Shown in pieces: positions 6,618-11,577 of a stretch of 11,577 nucleotides of DNA. The notes beneath the pieces were generated by a model, which saw only the letters and a list, made by a program, of their open reading frames with translations, was not told the DNA's origin and made no database searches. Made by a program: the position numbers and the translations under genes. Source of the DNA: an uncultured Syntrophobacterales bacterium (GTDB lineage Bacteria > Desulfobacterota > Binatia > UBA9968 > JAJDTQ01); assembly GCA_964630405.1 (NCBI GenBank), contig CAZVUC010000022.1, forward strand, positions 1 to 11,577, in the 5' to 3' direction. Numbering within the stretch: position 1 is the stretch's first letter; each line of letters begins with the position of its first letter.

Positions 6618-8081
6618 CTACCCAGAGGCACTGCGCGACAGATCGAGGGCGAAACCTTCATTGCGCACGCGTATGTGCGCGTAGTCCCCGCGCCGGGTGA
6701 AGCCCTCTACCAGCCGGGTCACCGGCTCGGCGTCGAAGGGGTAGTCCCGTGGCGGGCCGGCGGCGCGCATGGTGTCGATCTCTTCCCGGGTCAGGAAATA
6801 CCGGAGCAGCAGTTCCTCGTCCGACACCCCGGCACCGCCGAACTTGGCGCGCAGCTCCTGGATGGTGGGCTCCGGCGGCTCCCACGCGGCCAGTTCCCGG
6901 GCGCGCGGACGGGCGAGGATACGGTCCTTGACGTCGGGGTCCATGGAGTCGCTGCCTTCCCGGCCCCAGCGCCCCAGGGCGTAAAGGATCACCTGGTCGG
7001 TGATCTCCTTGTAGCGCTCGCCCACGATGATGTTGATGGCCGCCTGGCTGCCCACGAACTGGGACAGGGGCGTCACCATGATGGGATAGCCCAGCTCCTC
7101 GCGCACCCGCACCACCTCCTCCAGCGCCCGTTCCATGTGGTCGCCGAGGCCCACCCGGGCGAGCTGGTGGCGCAGGTTGGAGATCATGCCCCCCGGCACT
7201 TGGTGCAGGTACTGGCTGTAGTCGTACTCCACGGGCGCGCCGATGGGGAGCCCTTCCCGGCGGGCCGTCTCGGTGAAGTACTCGGACACCGGGCGCAGCA
7301 CCTCCTCGTCCACCGCGGTCTCGTAGCCCAGGCTGCGGGCATTGGCCGCGACGTTGAACAGCGACGGGTTCGATGACCCGTTGGCCAGCGGCGGCAGCGC
7401 GGTGTTGATGATGCGGATGCCTTGCTTGATGGCCTCGAGGGCGCACAGCGGCCCCAGACCGGTGGTGCAGTGCGTGTGGAACTCCAGCGGGATGCCGCCG
7501 ACGTTCTCCATGATGAGCGGCACCAGGGTGCGGGTGCGGTCGGGCGTCAGCAGCCCTCCGGGGTCCTTGAAGCAGATCCGCGCCACCGGAAGGGTCGCCG
7601 CCTGCCGGGCCCGCTCGGCGAAGTATTCGTCGGTGTGCTTGGGGGATACCGAGTAGATGATGTTCAGGATCGGCTCGAGCCCCGCCTCCGTGGCGATGCG
7701 CAGCGTCTTGCGCCACCCCGCGATGTCGTTCCATTCGTCGGAGATGCGCCCTTGCCGGACGCCGTTGGCCGCCATCCGCTCCAGGAAGATCCGTTGGATG
7801 GATTCCGGGGTGAGCTCGAAACCGTTGCGCCCCCCGATGATGACCCGCAACGGCGTTTCCCGGATGGTCCCGGCCACCAGCCGTATCCGCTCCCAAGGGT
7901 CCTCGTGCAGCTCCCGCACGCACTTCTTGATGTGGGAGCTCGACATCAGCTCCATGCCCCTGAACCCGGCCCGGTCCATGCGCTCGCCCACCGCCAGCAT
8001 CATGCCCGTGCGCATGGACTCCGCCCACAGGCTCTGGTGCCCGTCGCGCAACGTCGTGTCGACGAATTCAATGGGTTCCAT
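6618..8081 (-). CDS. Carboxyltransferase of the HMGL-like / pyruvate carboxylase subunit B / oxaloacetate decarboxylase alpha / transcarboxylase 5S family. It has no C-terminal biotinyl domain.
   Basis: The signature N-terminal motif FVDTTLRDGHQS is present and the HMGL-like TIM-barrel region is conserved. The start is chosen at ATG 8081 (MEPIEFVDTT...), with GAAGGAAA upstream. The ORF track start at 8117 would lie inside repeat copy 3. The protein is 487 aa and ends ...FALDLSRSASG, with no AMKM biotinylation motif. Confidence 0.8.
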   Translation of the reverse strand: MEPIEFVDTTLRDGHQSLWAESMRTGMMLAVGERMDRAGFRGMELMSSSHIKKCVRELHEDPWERIRLVAGTIRETPLRVIIGGRNGFELTPESIQRIFLERMAANGVRQGRISDEWNDIAGWRKTLRIATEAGLEPILNIIYSVSPKHTDEYFAERARQAATLPVARICFKDPGGLLTPDRTRTLVPLIMENVGGIPLEFHTHCTTGLGPLCALEAIKQGIRIINTALPPLANGSSNPSLFNVAANARSLGYETAVDEEVLRPVSEYFTETARREGLPIGAPVEYDYSQYLHQVPGGMISNLRHQLARVGLGDHMERALEEVVRVREELGYPIMVTPLSQFVGSQAAINIIVGERYKEITDQVILYALGRWGREGSDSMDPDVKDRILARPRARELAAWEPPEPTIQELRAKFGGAGVSDEELLLRYFLTREEIDTMRAAGPPRDYPFDAEPVTRLVEGFTRRGDYAHIRVRNEGFALDLSRSASG

Positions 8082-8110
8082 GGGTGTTTCCTTCTCACGT
8101 CCGTCGCACC

Positions 8111-8164
8111 GGCACAACCCCCTGAATCGTCATTCCCGCTTCCGCGGGAATGACGGATTGGACG
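8111..8164 (-). repeat. Copy 3 of the ~50-bp palindromic repeat, inverted relative to copy 2: GGCACAACCCCCTGAAT-CGTCATTCCCGC-TTCC-GCGGGAATGACG-GATTGGACG.
   Basis: A 12-bp perfect stem at 8128-8155. The flank is the reverse complement of ATTCAGGGGGTTGTGCC. The copy is oriented with the upstream minus-strand gene at 8256-8744. The spurious ORF 8000-8218 is its translation. Confidence 0.85.
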
Positions 8165-8255
8165 TTCGTCGCTGGGAAGTGATGCTTTGACACAGCCTGG
8201 ATCGGGCGTTTCCTCCACTTGAGAGGCGGCGAGGACTAACGAAGGGGACAGGACA

Positions 8256-8744
8256 CTAGAAGAACAGGACCAGCAGGATGAGGCTGATCAGGCCGCCGAC
8301 CATGAAACACGCGGCAGCGACGGTGCCGGCCAACGTGGTGTAATCCGCGAGGCGAAAGGTCGCGCTTTCGACCGTGAAGAGGACATTCGTACGATCCAGG
8401 TTGCCGTCGACGAACTGTTTCAGGCCGTTTTCCGCCCCCTGCGCTTCCTTCACGGAAACCATGGTCACCAGGACCAGGGTCAGCGCCGACATGAGGATTC
8501 CGGTTCCGAACACGACCAGGGCCAGCAGGAGAGACCAGTGGTAAAACCCGCTTTCGGTCGTTGTCGCATTGCTCATGAACCCGATGATCAAGGCGCTGCC
8601 GCCCGCGTTCCCGTACAGCAGCATGCGCGCCGACTCGGTGATGAGCCGGAACATGGTGCCGCGCCGCAGGGCAATGACCTTGTAGAGCTCCCGCAGCCAC
8701 TCCTCGCCGACTTCTTCGGTGGAAAACTCATCGATCCTTTTCAA
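8256..8744 (-). CDS. Hypothetical small membrane protein (162 aa, 3 predicted TM helices, about 40-aa cytoplasmic N-terminus), translationally coupled to the upstream binding protein.
   Basis: TTG start at 8744 with AGGAG 9 nt upstream. It overlaps the upstream gene's stop by 17 nt. An alternative ATG lies 30 codons in. The hydrophobic segments are LLYGNAGGSALIIGF, SLLLALVVFGTGILMSALTLVLV and LAGTVAAACFMVGGLISLILLVLFF. No recognisable family can be read from the sequence. Confidence 0.55.
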   Translation of the reverse strand: MKRIDEFSTEEVGEEWLRELYKVIALRRGTMFRLITESARMLLYGNAGGSALIIGFMSNATTTESGFYHWSLLLALVVFGTGILMSALTLVLVTMVSVKEAQGAENGLKQFVDGNLDRTNVLFTVESATFRLADYTTLAGTVAAACFMVGGLISLILLVLFF

Positions 8745-9921
8745 GGCCGCCCTCTCCTGTCGTGGATTCCCCGCCCCCGAAGTCGGTCAACCTGACGAAT
8801 TTCGCCCCGACGTTCGTTCCGGGCTGGAATTCAACCGCCCAGTCATCGATGAGCACGACGCCGGACGCCAACGCCTGCTGCAGGAAACGCTCCCGCGTCC
8901 ACTCGGCGCCCATGCGCTCCAGCACCGTGATGACGAAGCGGCCGAGAATGTAGCCCTCCAGAGACAGTTCGTTGAACACCGGCGGAGCCGACCCCGCGCT
9001 CGCCGCTCGAAGGGCGCGCTGATAGCTGCGGACGATCCGGCTCTTGGTATCCGTCGGGTTCGGCATCACCTCGGTCACCAGGATCCTGTCGCTCGGCGTC
9101 TCGACTCTCTTCCGCAGCTCGGAGGACAGGACAAAGGACAGGTTGCCGATGATGTAGCCATGCTCCAGGCTGTTCGCCAGGTTGATGATCTCCGCGTTGG
9201 CCGCGTAAGGCCCGACGATCAGAATGACGTCGAGATCGGCCTTCGCCATGGTGAAGAGGCCCGCATGGACGGCATGGGTATTGCGCGAAAAGGCTGATTT
9301 CGCGAGAATGTGAAGTCCGTGCTCCCTGAGCACCGTCTGGTAGTTTCTCAAGACCGAGCGCCCGAAGGCGTCGTCCTGGTAGAGGATGCCGAAGCGCTTC
9401 TTGCCGCGCTTGCGAACGATGTGGTCCACCATCACGCGGAGCTCCTGGAGGTAGCTCGCCCTCAGATTGACCACGTGCGGATTCCGCTTGAAGTCCCCCA
9501 GGAAGTCGGCGCCCGTGATGTGGCCCACGAAGGGGATCCCGGCCTCTCGCAGCACCGGCACGATGCGCTTCGCCGTCGGCGTCCCCACCCCGCCGATGAC
9601 CGCGAGCACGTCGTTCTCGACGGCGAACCTCCTCGCGTTCGCCGTCGCCCTCTCCGGCTCATAACCGTCATCGAGCGAGATCAGCTCCAGGGACCTCCCG
9701 TTGACGCCTCCTTTGGCGTTGCGTTCCGCGAACGCCGCCAGGAGGCCCGCGCGATAGTGGATTCCCAACTGCCTGCTCGGCCCCGAGAAACACGCGCTTT
9801 GCCCGAAAACGACCGTTTTCGCGTGGACTCCGGGGGCGGCCGCCCAGACGCCCGGAGCCAGCAAGCATCCGAACACCAACGGCAACAACCATCGAAGCGC
9901 CCGGGACGCCCGGTCCGTCAT
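8728..9921 (-). CDS. Periplasmic ligand-binding protein, type-1 PBP (LivK/LivJ-like, Peripla_BP_6-type) with a signal peptide. It is orphan: no permease or ATPase genes are adjacent.
   Basis: The signal peptide is MTDRASRALRWLLPLVFGCLLAPGVWA. Start 9921 is preferred, 4 nt after the hflK stop, with GGGGGA upstream. An in-frame ATG at 9939 is an alternative. The N-lobe pattern VVFGQSACFSGP...GGVNGRSLELISLDDGYEPERA...VLAVIGGVGTPTAKRIVPVLREAGIPFVG is typical of branched-chain amino-acid / amide-type binding proteins. Confidence 0.75.
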   Translation of the reverse strand: MTDRASRALRWLLPLVFGCLLAPGVWAAAPGVHAKTVVFGQSACFSGPSRQLGIHYRAGLLAAFAERNAKGGVNGRSLELISLDDGYEPERATANARRFAVENDVLAVIGGVGTPTAKRIVPVLREAGIPFVGHITGADFLGDFKRNPHVVNLRASYLQELRVMVDHIVRKRGKKRFGILYQDDAFGRSVLRNYQTVLREHGLHILAKSAFSRNTHAVHAGLFTMAKADLDVILIVGPYAANAEIINLANSLEHGYIIGNLSFVLSSELRKRVETPSDRILVTEVMPNPTDTKSRIVRSYQRALRAASAGSAPPVFNELSLEGYILGRFVITVLERMGAEWTRERFLQQALASGVVLIDDWAVEFQPGTNVGAKFVRLTDFGGGESTTGEGGLEKDR

Positions 9922-9925
9922 GGCT

Positions 9926-11203
9926 TCAATTCCCCCCATGTCGCGCGCCTTCGTTGAGCGTCTTCTCCGCCATCGACCTCAGAGTCGCCTGCTGGTTGAC
10001 GCCGCCGCGGCGGGAGACGCCGTGACGATGGGAAAAGATCGAGGGCGTGTCGAATATGAGCGACCGGGGATTGGCCTCCCTCGCGTGGTCGCGCTCCGCT
10101 TGCGGGCGGTGGAACCGGCCCTCGATCAACGGCTTGTCGGCCGTGACGCTCTCCAGGGAATGCACGTTCGGCTGCATGGTCGATCTCGACAATTGCTCGC
10201 CGGGAGCGGCGAACGAAGGCGGAGCATGCGCCGCCACCGCCGTCGGGACTCCCGGGGCGCCGTCGATCATGTTGATGTCGATGTTCGACGCCTTGCCCGG
10301 GTTGACGACCGACAGGCTCGCCTCGGCGAAGATCGTGCGCATCCGTTGCCAGTAACGCGTGATGGCGACCTGTTTCGGATTTTTCCTGTATTCGGCCAGC
10401 AGCTCCCCGAAGACCGTCGCGCTGCTGCGCGCCTGGACGAGCCGCGCCCGGGCGCTGGCCCTGGCATTCATCACCAGCGCTTCGGCCTGGCCCTTGCTGC
10501 GCGCAAGCAGTTGCTCTCTCTTGCGATTCGCCACGCTCACGACTTCTTCCCGCTCCGCGATGGCATCGTTGACGTCCCGGAACGCCTGGAGCGTCTCCTG
10601 GATCGGGCGCACGTCGACGATGTTGAGCGAGACGATCTCCAGACCGAATTCCAGCGCGTCGAGGCGCTTGACCACGTCTTCGAGCAGATGTTGTTGAATG
10701 ACGTCGCGATTCGAGGTGAAGATCAGGTCGATGAAGTTCTGTCCGAGGATATTGATCAGTTCCTCGCGAACGAACGCGGTGAGCAGCGCGACAGGGTCGG
10801 CGGACGCGAACAGGTAAGCCCGCAGGTTGTCGATCTTGTACTGGATGACGACGTCGGCCTCGATAAGGTTGGTGTCTCCGGTCAGGATGGTGAAGTTCGC
10901 CTGATTGCCTTTCGTGCTCGACACCTCGTGCCCGAGGATCCTCTTGACCTTTCGAATATGCATCCGCTCGATGAGCGGAACGGCGTAACCCAGCCCCGGA
11001 CCGACCTGCGCATCGACCACTCTCCCGAAACGGGTGCGCACGCCCCGTTCCTCTTTCTTGACGACGTAGAAGCCGGTGAGCAGAAAGCCGAGCACGACGA
11101 GGGCGACAAGGATCCCGAGGATCTTCCTGTAGCGCCCCTCGAGGAAGTCGAAGGCGGCGTAAATGGCTCGCGTGCTCGGAGGCAAGGACCGTGGTTCGCT
11201 CAT
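9926..11203 (-). CDS. hflK: FtsH protease modulator HflK (SPFH/band-7), 425 aa with a long low-complexity C-terminal tail.
   Basis: ATG at 11203. There is an N-terminal TM helix (ILGILVALVVLGFLLTGFYVV). VKKEERGVRTRFGRVV..VGPGLGY matches the HflK N-terminal SPFH region. The C-terminal half reads ETLQAFRDVNDAIAEREE...ITRYWQRMRTIF. The gene starts 14 nt downstream of the hflC stop. Confidence 0.8.
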   Translation of the reverse strand: MSEPRSLPPSTRAIYAAFDFLEGRYRKILGILVALVVLGFLLTGFYVVKKEERGVRTRFGRVVDAQVGPGLGYAVPLIERMHIRKVKRILGHEVSSTKGNQANFTILTGDTNLIEADVVIQYKIDNLRAYLFASADPVALLTAFVREELINILGQNFIDLIFTSNRDVIQQHLLEDVVKRLDALEFGLEIVSLNIVDVRPIQETLQAFRDVNDAIAEREEVVSVANRKREQLLARSKGQAEALVMNARASARARLVQARSSATVFGELLAEYRKNPKQVAITRYWQRMRTIFAEASLSVVNPGKASNIDINMIDGAPGVPTAVAAHAPPSFAAPGEQLSRSTMQPNVHSLESVTADKPLIEGRFHRPQAERDHAREANPRSLIFDTPSIFSHRHGVSRRGGVNQQATLRSMAEKTLNEGARHGGN

Positions 11204-11217
11204 CGGATGAATCCGCC

Positions 11218-11577
11218 CTACTGCGGTATTTCCTTGCTGTCGAGATATTTGAACAGCTCGTTGTCCGCGGGCAGCATGAGGGTTGTGTTGCTGTCGATGA
11301 TCCGGTCATAGCTGTCGAGCGCGCGGAGGAACTTGTAGAACTCCGGGTCCTCCTCGTAGGCCTTGCCGAGCAACGCCATCGCCTCGGCTTCCGCCTTTCC
11401 GAGGATGGCGGTCGCCTCCGCGTGGGCGTCGGCCATGAGCTTCTCGTGCTCGTTGATGGCGCGGGCCTCGATGCGGATCGCCATCTCCTCCCCCTCGCTG
11501 CGATAGCGGGCGGCGATGCGGGCGCGTTCGGAGATCATCCGTTGAATCACGCTCGGCCGGTTCGACACCGGCAAGGT
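11218..11577 (-). CDS. hflC: HflC-like SPFH protein, C-terminal part only. The 5' end runs off the window edge.
   Basis: The frame is open to the window end. The C-terminus ...GKAYEEDPEFYKFLRALDSYDRIIDSNTTLMLPADNELFKYLD matches the HflC C-terminal pattern (DPDFYAF.RSL.AY....VMSPDSDFFRYM). The TTG 'start' at 11574 in the ORF track is an edge artefact. Confidence 0.7.
   Translation of the reverse strand, partial: TLPVSNRPSVIQRMISERARIAARYRSEGEEMAIRIEARAINEHEKLMADAHAEATAILGKAEAEAMALLGKAYEEDPEFYKFLRALDSYDRIIDSNTTLMLPADNELFKYLDSKEIPQ

Noticed and set aside
8000-8218. 72-aa minus-strand ORF containing ...IRHSRGSGNDDSGGC. Similar peptide strings (HSRFRGNDDSGGC, IPAFAGMT) appear in other frames at 6500-6700 and 8100-8190.
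   Set aside because: These are translations of the palindromic repeat copies. Repeated peptides in different frames and strands are a hallmark of repeat-derived spurious ORFs.
8156-8255. TTGACACAG...CTTGAGA string at about 8186-8220, resembling the znuA1 promoter region.
   Set aside because: It is on the plus strand, pointing antisense into minus-strand genes, and has different spacing from the znuA1 site and no palindrome. It is probably a chance -35-like hexamer.
1-11577. Search for CRISPR arrays, tRNA/rRNA genes, and transposase/integrase genes.
   Set aside because: No spaced direct-repeat arrays, no tRNA-like cloverleaf candidates in intergenic gaps, and no transposase or integrase-like ORFs. 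The only repeats are the 39-bp coding tandem array and the three ~50-bp palindromic elements.

Overview
This is a high-GC (about 65-70%) bacterial chromosomal segment, probably proteobacterial, carrying 11 protein-coding genes and no RNA genes, CRISPR arrays, transposases or integrases. On the plus strand there is an HflK-like SPFH protein (116-1024), followed by a complete zinc-type ABC uptake operon in the order znuA-znuC-znuB (1110-3865). A second complete Znu-type system lies immediately next to it in the E. coli-style divergent layout, with znuB2 and znuC2 on the minus strand (3922-5461) and znuA2 on the plus strand (5586-6527). The two permease genes are convergent, and an AT-rich palindrome sits in the divergent promoter. 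On the minus strand further right there is a stand-alone HMGL/transcarboxylase-5S-type carboxyltransferase gene (6618-8081) bracketed by two inverted copies of a ~50-bp interspersed palindromic repeat; a third copy lies at the window start. Beyond it is a tightly coupled minus-strand string, read 5' to 3': hflC (partial, at the window edge), hflK, an orphan LivK-type periplasmic binding protein and a small 3-TM membrane protein, with junctions of 14 nt, 4 nt and a 17-nt overlap. The points most worth a second look are this unusual SPFH/HflKC-binding protein-membrane protein linkage, the duplicated zinc importers with a tandem-repeat-encoded His-rich loop, the candidate Zur-type operators and the oriented palindromic repeat family. 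Many long ORFs in the six-frame track (for example 3089-4732, 4356-5480, 6658-8028, 9920-11311) are antisense or shadow artefacts of high GC and are not called.
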